Made by a program: the position numbers and the translations under genes. From assembly GCA_003602415.1 (NCBI GenBank), contig QQSK01000009.1, forward strand, positions 3,891 to 67,890: DNA of 64,000 nt, read 5' to 3'. Origin of the DNA: Candidatus Poseidoniales archaeon (GTDB taxonomy: Archaea; Thermoplasmatota; Poseidoniia; Poseidoniales; Poseidoniaceae). The notes beneath the pieces were generated by a model. The model was not told the DNA's origin, searched no databases, and saw nothing but the letters and a program-made list of their open reading frames with translations. Below are positions 1 to 11,000 of the stretch, piece by piece (position 1 is the first letter of the stretch; every line of letters begins with the position of its first letter).

Positions 1-300
1 ATCTGTATTCCAAATGACTACAGTTCCCGGCTCCAAAGCAGCAAGATCTTCTTCCCAAGTTGCAGGATTTACCAAGACCTGAATATGTGTTCTATCTCCA
101 GGTGCTTGATAGCCTTTTTCAGATAAGCGAACGATGTACCAAGTGGGTAATCCTGAGATATTGGAAGGGAATAAATTCTTTCCACTAACCGGTATACCCA
201 TGTCAAATAATGTCTGCAAAAGAATGAGATTTGCAGACTGAGATCCTGTACCATTTGCTGTTGCGATATTGATTGTAAAGTCGTTTACAATTTTGTCCAT
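1..300 (-). CDS. korA: 2-oxoacid:ferredoxin oxidoreductase alpha subunit, N-terminal part (continues beyond the left edge of the window)
   Basis: Not in the ORF track. The minus-strand frame from ATG at 300 is open to base 1 and reads MDKIVNDFTINIATANGTGSQSANLILLQTLFDMGIPVSGKNLFPSNISGLPTWYIVR..., the typical N-terminus of KorA-type alpha subunits. Confidence 0.85.
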   Translation of the reverse strand, partial: MDKIVNDFTINIATANGTGSQSANLILLQTLFDMGIPVSGKNLFPSNISGLPTWYIVRLSEKGYQAPGDRTHIQVLVNPATWEEDLAALEPGTVVIWNTD

Positions 301-445
301 TTCGGGTTGTCCCCTTTGCCCAAGCCCCCTACGGGGGATGTTCAGTGCGACCCTTGCGATAGCCTACGCTCTTTGAATGTGTTGATGATAAAACTCATTT
401 CAGATTAGGGCAGGTCTCAAAACATGGTTCACTTTCGGCAACATC

Positions 446-1516
446 ATGGCCGATGAAAATATTGCCGATGCTTGGAAGGAAGCAGAGAAACTTCTCAACA
501 AGGGTAAAACAGTAGGTGCTCTAGATCTATTAAGAGATGTTGACCCTGAAGGTAAAGAGGCAACTACGCTAAGAATTGCAGGTCAAGCAACATACATGCA
601 AGCATCCAAAAGTGGCTCACATGCTGAATATCGCAAAGCCGCTAAATTACTGAGAGATGCTGTCAAAATGAACCCAAGAGACAAGCAATCAAATGCATTA
701 AACAATCAAATTTTGAATGAGATGCAAGACAAAAGAATTTCAGTTACAGTATTCCCTAGATTATCCAACGAAGGAGTGCCGACACCAGCGGGGTTATTCG
801 CAGTAACTGCAGGGTTGCTTCTAATATTGGCCGCTTTGCAATTTGCACAATCAGATGATGAATTCGAAGATGGTGAAGCCGTCATGAGAGTAACTTGGAC
901 AGATAGTGATGGAGTATTACACGATGAAATGATTACCATTGCCCTACACAGAGCAGAAGCTCCTCTGCATGTTGAAAATTTCATGCTACTAGCCGAAGAA
1001 GGAAAATATGACAGCGTAATTTTCCACCGTGTGATTGAAGGATTTATGATTCAAGGTGGCGACTTCGAATATAATACTGGCTCAGGCGGTTACACTGCTA
1101 AGTGGTACGGTTACTGTAATGGCAAGACCACAAACAATGATGGTGTAGAATATACCAGAGACACCTGTCAAATCAACCAATGGTCACTTCCAGGAGAGCA
1201 TGAAAATGGTCTCAAGCACAAACCTGGCGCTCTTGCAGCAGCTCATGCAGGTCTGAACACTGATGGTTCTCAATTTTACATAGTTCCAACTGGCTCAGAG
1301 CCAACATGGTTGGATTGGGAAGAAGGTAAGGATTGTTCAAGTTCTTCGTGTCACACAGTCTATGGAACTGTCACTGATGGTCTACAACACATCGATGCAA
1401 TCGCTGGAGTAGATACTGGACAAAACGATAAGCCAGTCAATGATGTTACTATCAAGTCAATTGAGATAACCGATGACGGAGTTAAGGATAGCACTCCTTG
1501 GTACCAATTCTGGTGA
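446..1516 (+). CDS. Membrane-anchored cyclophilin-type peptidyl-prolyl isomerase with an N-terminal TPR-like helical domain
   Basis: Cyclophilin motifs FHRVIEGFMIQGGD, GSQFYI and HTVYG. Hydrophobic segment GLFAVTAGLLLILAALQFA. Helical N-terminal region of about 100 aa. Confidence 0.85.
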   Translation: MADENIADAWKEAEKLLNKGKTVGALDLLRDVDPEGKEATTLRIAGQATYMQASKSGSHAEYRKAAKLLRDAVKMNPRDKQSNALNNQILNEMQDKRISVTVFPRLSNEGVPTPAGLFAVTAGLLLILAALQFAQSDDEFEDGEAVMRVTWTDSDGVLHDEMITIALHRAEAPLHVENFMLLAEEGKYDSVIFHRVIEGFMIQGGDFEYNTGSGGYTAKWYGYCNGKTTNNDGVEYTRDTCQINQWSLPGEHENGLKHKPGALAAAHAGLNTDGSQFYIVPTGSEPTWLDWEEGKDCSSSSCHTVYGTVTDGLQHIDAIAGVDTGQNDKPVNDVTIKSIEITDDGVKDSTPWYQFW

Positions 1517-1566
1517 TTTCAATATCGAAAGGCATGTTGATATGATTGGGCCATCCGCAACAAATC

Positions 1567-4221
1567 ATGAGCGAGTCGGACCCATTCACATCCAAGAGAG
1601 AATTCGCATTAGGCGGACACTATCATTCCTTAGATTCATTAGATGAATCTGGAATAGATACTTCTTCACTTCCATATTCGATTAGAGTTCTTCTAGAAGG
1701 TGCATTAAGGAACTGTGATGGCTTCTTAATCACAGAGAAAGATGTTCGAAATATCGCAGGTTGGACTGCAAATGGGGATAGAGGAGAAATTCCGTTCCGA
1801 CCTTCCAGGGTTATTCTTCAGGACTTTACAGGAGTTCCTGCAGTAGTTGATCTAGCAGCATTGAGAGATGCAATGGTTGAGATGGGTGGAAATCCTGAGA
1901 AAGTCAATCCTCAAGTTCCTGTCGATTTGGTAATTGACCACTCAGTACAAGTCGATGTTTCAGGTTCAAATGCTGAAGCTCTTGAATTGAACCTCGACAT
2001 AGAATATCACAGAAATATGGAAAGATATACATTCCTAAAATGGGGTCAGCAATCATTGGAGAATTTTAGAGCAGTTCCACCTTCGAGAGGTATTGTTCAC
2101 CAAGTAAATTTAGAGTGGATTGCTACTGTTGCTCGACAAGAAAATGGCGTATGGTTACCAGACTCCTTGGTAGGGACTGATTCTCACACTACCATGATTA
2201 ACGGTTTAGGAGTTCTAGGCTGGGGTGTTGGCGGAATTGAAGCAGAAGCGGTAATGTTGGGACAACCGATTTACATGCTATCTCCTGATGTAGTTGGTTT
2301 CAGATTGATAGGTTCTCTAAATCCAGGAGTTACTGCAACCGATATGACATTACGAATTGTAGAATTACTTCGTGAACATGGAGTTGTAGGAAAGTTCGTA
2401 GAATTTTTCGGGCAAGGAATGGCAGCTTTGTCTCTTCCTGACCGAGCAACTATTGCAAACATGGCACCAGAATATGGGGCAACCTGTGGATTCTTCCCAG
2501 TTGATGAAAACACTCTTGCATACATGCGATTATCTGGTAGAGAGGAAGAGCATATTGCTGGAGTTGAAGCATATTGTAAGGCCCAAGGTCTGTGGTATGA
2601 TTCATCTACACCAGAAAAGAGTTACACCGCTTTATTAGAATTGGATCTGTCCACAGTCGAACCTGCACTGGCAGGACCTAAGAGGCCTCAAGACAGAGTT
2701 GATTTATCTGCCATGTCGTCCCATTTCAGAGATTCATTGACACATGAACTAGGCCACCAAGGTCATGGGTTGAGCGATGATGATTTGTCCAAGTCTTCAT
2801 TGGTTGGAAATGAATATGATTTGAATCATGGAGATGTAGTTATTGCAGCAATCACTTCTTGCACCAATACTTCCAATCCTGGAGTAATGCTTGCAGCGGG
2901 ATTATTGGCAAGAAATGCAAGGAATCTAGGCTTAACTGTCAAGCCGTGGGTCAAGACTTCCCTCGCACCGGGTTCACGTGTTGTTACTGAATATTATGAG
3001 GCTAATGGATTAGACGAAGATCTTGCTGCGTTAGGATTCAACAATGTGGGATATGGATGTACTACTTGTATAGGAAATTCAGGTCCTTTGCCTGATGACA
3101 TAGAAGCTGCTATCGATGAATCTGGTTTGATTGTAGGTTCAGTCATCTCAGGTAACAGAAATTTCGAAGGAAGAGTTCACCAAAAGGTGAAAGCATCTTA
3201 CCTTGCAAGTCCACCTCTAGTTGTAGCATATGCAATTGCTGGAAGTCTGAATGTAGACCTAACTACTCAGCCGATTGGTACTGACAATAACGGTAATCCG
3301 GTTATGCTTAGCGATGTTTGGCCTAATGATGAGCAACTGGCTGAAGCAATGTCGAGAATCACACCTGAAATGTTCAGAGAGAGATATTCCACTGTTATGC
3401 AAGAGCCACGATGGGATTCAATTCCAAGTGAAGCCTCACCGTTGTATCCTTGGCAAGAGGATTCTACTTACATCCGACTTCCGAGTTTCTTCCAAGGATT
3501 ATCCAAGCAAGCACAACCAATTCAATCAATATCACAAGCCAAGGTATTGCTCAAATTAGGAGATTCGATCACTACAGACCACATCTCTCCAGCAGGGGCA
3601 TTCCCTGCTGACGGGCCAGCTGGAAAATGGCTAACTGAGAGAGGAGTTCAACAAGGCGATTTCAATTCATTTGGTAGCCGAAGAGGCAATCATGAAATCA
3701 TGATGAGAGGAACATTTGCCAATGTACGAGTAAGAAATCAAATGGCTCCAGGTACCGAAGGTGGATACGCATTGAATCATTCCACAGGTGAGGTCACATC
3801 AGTATTCGAAGCCGCAATGGATAATGATGGCCCTATGGTCGTTCTTGCAGGCTCACAATACGGTACTGGAAGCAGTAGAGATTGGGCTGCAAAAGGAACC
3901 TATCTTCTAGGAGTTAAGGCGGTAATTGCAACCTCTTTCGAAAGAATTCATCGTTCAAATTTAGTTGGAATGGGAGTTCTGCCTCTAACTTTCAAAGAAG
4001 GAGAAGATGCAGATTCGTTGGGTCTAGATGGCACAGAATCTTTTGATATTCCTGTGACGGATGAGGTTAAGGCACTACAAGAATTGACAGTCACCGCTAA
4101 CAAATTGGATGGAAGTAGTATTGATTTCACTGTGGATGTAAGGCTCGATACTCCTGTTGAAGTTGACTATTATCGCAATGGTGGAATACTTCACACAGTG
4201 CTGAGGAATCTTGCTCAATAG
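1567..4221 (+). CDS. acnA: Aconitate hydratase A
   Basis: RVILQDFTGVPAVVDLA, DSHTTMING, AITSCTNTSNP, GCTTCIGNSG, TTDHISPAG and GSSRDWAAKG. Start is probably ATG 1567 (the ORF track starts at 1546). Confidence 0.97.
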   Translation: MSESDPFTSKREFALGGHYHSLDSLDESGIDTSSLPYSIRVLLEGALRNCDGFLITEKDVRNIAGWTANGDRGEIPFRPSRVILQDFTGVPAVVDLAALRDAMVEMGGNPEKVNPQVPVDLVIDHSVQVDVSGSNAEALELNLDIEYHRNMERYTFLKWGQQSLENFRAVPPSRGIVHQVNLEWIATVARQENGVWLPDSLVGTDSHTTMINGLGVLGWGVGGIEAEAVMLGQPIYMLSPDVVGFRLIGSLNPGVTATDMTLRIVELLREHGVVGKFVEFFGQGMAALSLPDRATIANMAPEYGATCGFFPVDENTLAYMRLSGREEEHIAGVEAYCKAQGLWYDSSTPEKSYTALLELDLSTVEPALAGPKRPQDRVDLSAMSSHFRDSLTHELGHQGHGLSDDDLSKSSLVGNEYDLNHGDVVIAAITSCTNTSNPGVMLAAGLLARNARNLGLTVKPWVKTSLAPGSRVVTEYYEANGLDEDLAALGFNNVGYGCTTCIGNSGPLPDDIEAAIDESGLIVGSVISGNRNFEGRVHQKVKASYLASPPLVVAYAIAGSLNVDLTTQPIGTDNNGNPVMLSDVWPNDEQLAEAMSRITPEMFRERYSTVMQEPRWDSIPSEASPLYPWQEDSTYIRLPSFFQGLSKQAQPIQSISQAKVLLKLGDSITTDHISPAGAFPADGPAGKWLTERGVQQGDFNSFGSRRGNHEIMMRGTFANVRVRNQMAPGTEGGYALNHSTGEVTSVFEAAMDNDGPMVVLAGSQYGTGSSRDWAAKGTYLLGVKAVIATSFERIHRSNLVGMGVLPLTFKEGEDADSLGLDGTESFDIPVTDEVKALQELTVTANKLDGSSIDFTVDVRLDTPVEVDYYRNGGILHTVLRNLAQ

Positions 4222-4261
4222 AACCGGTGATTTGATTTCCTTCAACTAATAGGGTGGTTAC

Positions 4262-4909
4262 ATGCAGGAGTTACGTGGTCATGTTCGTTATCGCTTCCGC
4301 AGCGATGATGACGATGTCGACGTTTTACTAGAAGGTGAAGCGGATTGGGTTCGGTCTATCGTTTCAGAGCTTGGTCTAACCAAAGTTGGTTGGATGATGC
4401 CTTTAGCAGTGAACAGCACAGATCTATCAAATTCTGGATTAGCAAGTAGTGACCCCATTCAGTCCTCAGGCAAGCCCAAAGATATGGGACCTGAACCAGA
4501 CCCCTCTAGAATTCCAGTAATTAGAAGGCCAATTGGGGAATTAAACTTGGGGAAAAAGTTGGCAGAAGTAGGTCTTGAGACACCTCAACGCCCAAATTCT
4601 GATGAATTGAGAGAGCAATTGCAAGAAATAGAAACTCCACATCCAGCCCAAGGGCCAATGGTATCAGATCCAATGGCAGAATCTTGGTTGAAAGAACTAC
4701 TAAGAATCGTGGTAAGAGTGCATGGAGTTACTGCAATTACTACCGAGACTATCGCACTTGCTGCGAGTGATTATTTGGGAGATAGAGAAGGGCTAGAATT
4801 GGAATTATTCCTAGAGTCTATGTTCCGTGCTGGAAAAATTGTCAAAGTTCACGGTGGAAATGCGATTGGATGGGGCCCCTCTCCTGCATGGTTAGCATCT
4901 GGTTTGTAA
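4262..4909 (+). CDS. Hypothetical protein, possibly with a C-terminal winged-helix domain
   Basis: 215-aa ORF filling the gap between acnA and the giant surface protein. No motif recognised with confidence. Confidence 0.7.
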   Translation: MQELRGHVRYRFRSDDDDVDVLLEGEADWVRSIVSELGLTKVGWMMPLAVNSTDLSNSGLASSDPIQSSGKPKDMGPEPDPSRIPVIRRPIGELNLGKKLAEVGLETPQRPNSDELREQLQEIETPHPAQGPMVSDPMAESWLKELLRIVVRVHGVTAITTETIALAASDYLGDREGLELELFLESMFRAGKIVKVHGGNAIGWGPSPAWLASGL

Positions 4910-4910
4910 C

Positions 4911-4929
4911 CGAAATCGCTTAGATTTCG
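4911..4929 (+). terminator. Hairpin just after the stop codon, followed by a T-rich tract; possible terminator
   Basis: CGAAATC-GCTTA-GATTTCG forms a 7-bp stem 2 nt after the stop at 4909. The T-rich run TATTTTTATTTTTT lies at about 4961-4974. Confidence 0.4.
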
Positions 4930-5028
4930 CTCTCAGTTGTAAATGGCGTACTGCGGGCTATATTTTTATTTTTTAAAAACACACCTTCCCAAAGGAATTA
5001 AAGTGGTAGTTGGACTCCGCAGAAGCGA

Positions 5029-8000
5029 GTGATGATGATGCTTTGGAAGAGTATGAACCAAGATGGACGAGCAAGAGCAATTTCGCTAGTTCTGATAATG
5101 TTACTTTCAACAACCGCAGCGAACCTTGTATCGGCTTCGACTTCGAGGACCTATACTACCGACACCGACCCTGTCGATGTCGCATTAGGTGACTTCGATT
5201 GTGACGGTGATTTAGATATTGTAACTGCGAACGATAGAAGTACGAAAATTTCAGTTCTTTGGAATGAAAATGGACATTTCCAGAAGCGAACAGATATTTG
5301 GACTTCTGGAAATCCTAATCAGGATGCAGATTTCGAAGATCACTCAAACACTCAGCAGGTAGAAGTCGGTGAATTCACTGGCGATTCTGCAATAGATATC
5401 GTAATTTATGCACGTAACAGGCCACTTAGACAGGATGCTACAGGAGCTATTGTCGTAGACAAGCCAGGTAACGTAACAGTCATCGAAAACGATGGATGCA
5501 GCGTTGATACCTTCACAATCGGACAACAATTCGATGTTGTTTGGATGTGGGACTTAGCAGTCGCAGATTTGGATCAAGATGGTAACGATGATATCGTCAC
5601 TCTAGAGTTACTAGCAGATCTAAAGAACCAGCGAGTTGTTACTTACAGAGGCCCAATCACATCATCTACACAAGCTCAAATCACCAGCCTCGGTGACTCA
5701 ACTCAAAATGCGTATAGAGAATTAGAATTAGGGGATTGGGGAGAACCTAGTCAAACCGGATTATCAGGAAGTTGTGATGACAATGATTTGTGGATGGTTC
5801 GTTCCGAAGGGGTAGACTACATCTCTGGAGCAGCAACCAACCCTGGTAAATCAGATAACGTTACAGTTCTAGAATTCGACTGTCAAACCAATTCTTTCCC
5901 TGCAACTTTCACATGGACAACAACCGGTGGTCAAGTAGGAACTGGTAGCGAACTACACGTTCATGCCCTTGGTCCAGAATTCGGTGGATTCGATATTGGC
6001 GACATTGACGATGACGGAATTATCGACGTCGTTGCAATTAACGATGCAAACACAGAGAACGTATCTTATGCGACGATAACTCAATCCACTCATACATTCA
6101 GTCAAACGAAAACGGTTTATTTCGGACCGTACATCGCTTGGGAAGTTACTGTTGGTGAATTGAATGGCGATGGTGAACCTGATTTCGTTCACGCTGCTAA
6201 ATTCAAGCAGTCAAATTCTACTTCATCTACTGGAGATACTACTTCCAATTATTACCTAAACCTTCCAACGAGTGTTCAGGTTACATTGTCTAACGGAAAC
6301 GGTGGACACATGAATCCTCTGGAGTACTTCGGTGCTATGAGGCCGACTACTGTCGCAATAGGACAAGTCATTGGAGGACCAAACAGTGCTCCTGATTTGA
6401 TTGTTGGACATGGTGCTTACGACCAATTCACTTACGATGACAACTTTGGATGGGATGGTTCCTATGACAGAATCGTTGTTATTGAAATGGATAACAAGGA
6501 CTTGGCGGTTTCCAGTATTGACATCTCTCCTACCGATGCTTATGTCGGAGCATTAGGAGAAGGTACTCGTGAAGTTGAGGTTACTGTTACTAACACAGGC
6601 ATGGATATCTTGAACGGACAAGCCACTCTAGATGTTGAGATCAAAGAAGTTGATGAAGCAGCCTCTAGCAACGTAACAGTATACGCTATGGATTGGGACA
6701 ATCCAGAAGATAAGAGTGGATGTGGAACAGGTTGTTCTTGGACAACAGAAGCATACTACGGTGTCAGTCACTGGCACGAAGAAGTTGCAGCTAACAGTTC
6801 TGAAGGCCATACCTCTGGAAACAATGCTGCGGCACAATCTGCTAATGCAAACAACCCAACTGACTTCATGTGGTCTGGAGTAATGAAGACCAACTCAAGC
6901 GGTGACAAGTGGTCCGGATACGAACCAAACTGGGACGAAGGACTTGTTCTGAACGATGTTGACTTGACCGGCTCAGACCGCGCTTGGATGAGCATAGAAG
7001 TCTTCAGACATCTAGGTCTATCCGACCTTTACACCCAAGATCAGAATGGATTTGTTCTAGCTGAAGTTTGGGATGATGCAGCAATGATTGAAGTATTCTC
7101 TGAGGATACAGGATGGGTTACAATCTCCTGCCCAACATCTGCTTACTTCGCAAACCAATGTTCCTCTGGTACTTCCTACTGGGGAGGCTATGACAATGGC
7201 CGAATCGAGAGCGAGCAAAACACAGGTCTTGAGGCTGCTATCTACCGATATGGTGGCGCAATTCCAGGAACTCAATATGGATGGGGTAACTTCACTGAAG
7301 ATGACCTAGGTGCATTCGAGTTATCCCGTTTCTCTGGTGAAACAGTAGATATTCGCTTCAGATTCAAATCTGGATGGGAAGGTTCACTAGGATCCAATGA
7401 AACTCTATGGTCTGGACGTGATGGTTTCGCAATCGATAACATCACAATCTGGAAGCAAAATACTGCTTTCACATCTAATGTCCAAACTCAGCAGTCAAAC
7501 ATTAACATGAACAATTTGGCTCCTAACGAGGATTTCACAACCGCAATTGCTGCGGATTTCGTGAATGGAACTACATACAGGATTTCTGCTGTGTTGAACT
7601 ATGGCGATGATGAACAACCTGCAAACGATGAAATCGTTGGATACATTACTGCATTCAACATTTACGATCCTGCGATATTATCCATAGATTCGTTCAAACC
7701 AGGTGGACTATATGCTGAAGGTAACTTCCCGATTGAAGTGAAGGTCGAACACTTAGGTAACACAAATGTTACCTTTGATGTACAAGCCAAGGTATACAGC
7801 GCTCTACCAACAGATGTTTACTGTGGTTCTCCGCTTGTAGTTTGTGAAGAAAGCTTCGAAGGAGGCTCTGCAGGATTCAGATATACTGATGACAGCAATG
7901 CAAACGGTGGAATTCTTGATGATTCATCCTGTACAGAGCAGATTTTCGGCTCTCATGCATATTGGTTCGGTCATCCATGTGACACAGCAAACAGTTTCGG

Positions 8001-11000
8001 AGATGTTTGGGAGAATGAAACCTTGACAATTCCTGGAATTGATTTGACCAATATGTCTGGAGACTATGTTGCTCTTAACTTCGAATACTTCGCTGAAACT
8101 TGGTTCGAAATCCAGCAATCTGGAGCAACAAGCTCAGTCAATGATTACGCAGCAATCACTGCTGATTGGAACAAGGGCGGTACCGATTACGAAGGTCTAA
8201 TTTACGGACAATGGATCGACTACAACGAAGATGGATTCTGTATTGTTGACGAAGACGGAAATGGATTTATTGACCCAGTCAATGAAACCACTCTTGACAA
8301 TACTGAAATCGAATACATTGGTGACCCAACTAACGTTAACGGTGGTTCAGGCTCTTACAACGTATTCTTCAACACTGATGGACTAGTTCAGAGCAGAAGT
8401 ATTGACTTGACGCATCTGTATGTTGTCAACACAACTTCTCCTGATTCCAACTTGTGGACTGATGAATGTATCAGCCTAGCAGGTTCTGTTGTAGACATCA
8501 ACTTTGAATTCCGTTCTAATGATGACGGACACAATGGCCAGAATGATGGAGTACGTGGAGTTGCTTTCGACAATATTTCTCTTGAGGAATTCACATTCAG
8601 CCAAGATGCAGTTTACACAACATCAGTCACTGACTTAGATGCTGAAGAGAACCGCACAGTTGCAATTTCAAACCATGATTTCGTATCTGGTGTTTACAAG
8701 ATTGAAGTTGAATCAATCTTCGATAACTCTACCGCAGGTACTCCATGGTTCGGATATGATGAGATTTCATTAGCAAACAACCTAGGAAGAGTGATCTTTT
8801 CGGTTGAAAGTGTAGATATTACTCTTGGAAAGCCTGACCAAATTTCCTGTCTATCTGACGTGGTTATGGATTGTGTTCTTCCAATCGATAGTGCAAAGAT
8901 GCACGATTGGTCTCTATCTGCTACGAATGGTGTTCTACAAGGAGATTACACATTCCACATGACAGTTGTCGATGAAGCCGATGGAAGCCAAGTGCACACT
9001 ACCACTGCTGGCCCAAGTCAGACATTGGGAGCACATGAGAGAACAACAGTATCCTACACTCCATGGAATGGTTGGGTGGATGGACATTCCTACAACATTA
9101 GTTTCCATGCGACTTTGCCTGACGGAAGTACATCTGGAAATGTCAGATATTTCCATGCAACTTTCGCAGACCATATCGATGTAGCAATTCTATCCGGTGA
9201 CTCTACAAGAGTTTCCGCAATCAAGGAAGACATGGTCATCTTAGGAATGACTTACACTCAGTATGATATCAAGGACTGGAATGATTACCTAGACCTTGGA
9301 TGGATGACTCACTACGACAAGATCATCATGCCTTGGCAAGAAGTAAACACTGCAAAGCCAAGCGATGAAGGTGGCAAAGGCTACTATGAATTGATTGGTG
9401 GTTCTTCTAACCAAAATGTCCTGAAGAGTTTCATGTCATCTGGTGGTACCGTACAGATTCACCTTTCAGGTGCTACTGATTACTACGAGTACTCTTCATC
9501 AACTGGTGAAAGCTTGTTACCATTCGATATGGATATCCAGCCAAGAAATACGCCAGAGACTCGTGTAACTTACAGTAACATGGACGTTGCAGACCCATAC
9601 CATCCAATCATGGATGGCGTCGATCTTGCAGCATTCCAAGGATTTGACCAATTTGGTACTGTTACTGAGGCAATTATCAACACAAAGAGTGCTTCTGCAA
9701 CATCTGTTCCTCGTGCATGTAACGGATACTCTGAAGAAGGCGGTTCTTTCCAACGATTACTACAATCTGAAGCAGATGTCCAAGACACAGTATTGGGTGT
9801 CTGCAGCTATGTTGACGGTGGATTGATTGTTACTACAATCGATGTTGCGAGCGTATCTGATAGAGCAGATAGTGCAACATTCCCTCTACTTGGAAACATG
9901 CTATCCTACCAAGTTTCACCTTACCCTAACGGATTCGGTACACTTGGAAACGGATTGGATTTGACCATCAATGGTGAAGTTCCATCATTCGACCCTTCAA
10001 CCGGAGGATACGCATATCACTACATGAAGAGTAATTCAGAAGTGACCTTTGCTCATACAACTTCGACTACTGAAACTCTGTCTACCGATTGGGTAATCAG
10101 CGGTCCTACTGACTGGGCAGGCTCCTCAATGGCAAGTGGTACAGACCACACAGATGTTGCAAGTCCAACAGTCAACTTCTGTAAGGTAGACCTCTCGTCT
10201 GCAACTGGATGTCTCCAGGGTGCAACATGGGAGATTACTCTGTACTTGCACGATGCTGCAGGACACTCTCGAACAATCTCTGTAACGGTCATGACCGATG
10301 ATACAAGGGCTGACGAATACCGCCCGATTTCAGACGCAATGGTTGACATGCGTGAGGAATATGAAGACCAGATTGAAGACCGTGGTGTCAAGACAGTATC
10401 TGGAATTGATTGGCCTCTCCAGAGAATCCTATTGGATGATTCAGGTTCTTTGACAGTTCACTTTGATGCTAGTAACTCATCAGATGCTGATGCACTAACT
10501 GGAAATGGAATTGAGTCCTATGAATGGACAGTATTGTTCGACAAGCCGTACAATGAGGATAACTACAAACTCGAAGGACACAACTTCGTAACTCCATCTT
10601 CAAGCGATGGTGCATGGGCTTACACCTTCAGTAACGTGACAGTAGATCCTAGCGGCCAGACAGAATCGCTAATTCGTATCGAATTAGTTGTTTATGACCA
10701 AGCAGGTAAGAGTTCTGACAAGTACAAGATGTACTTCTCAGTAGTTCCTGAAGGTTTTGGTGATGCTGAACCTACTATCCAAATCGACCTTTCCTTGAAT
10801 GGAACTAAGGTAGACAGTGACACAATCACACTAGCTGGAAATGTTGTAGACGGTGCAGAGCAAGGCGATGTATACGTTGAAGCAGCATTGGTAGATACCA
10901 CATTCGATGAGACTGCAGTGGCTAAGTACACACTTCAACTAGAAGGAAAGTGGGCTAAGTCCGACGCTCTTGGCGACGGTGATGGTTTCGAGTTAACTCT

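Noticed and set aside
69-254. 61-aa minus-strand ORF in the track
   Set aside because: It is an alternative frame inside the korA N-terminus, whose correct frame starts at 300 and runs off the window.
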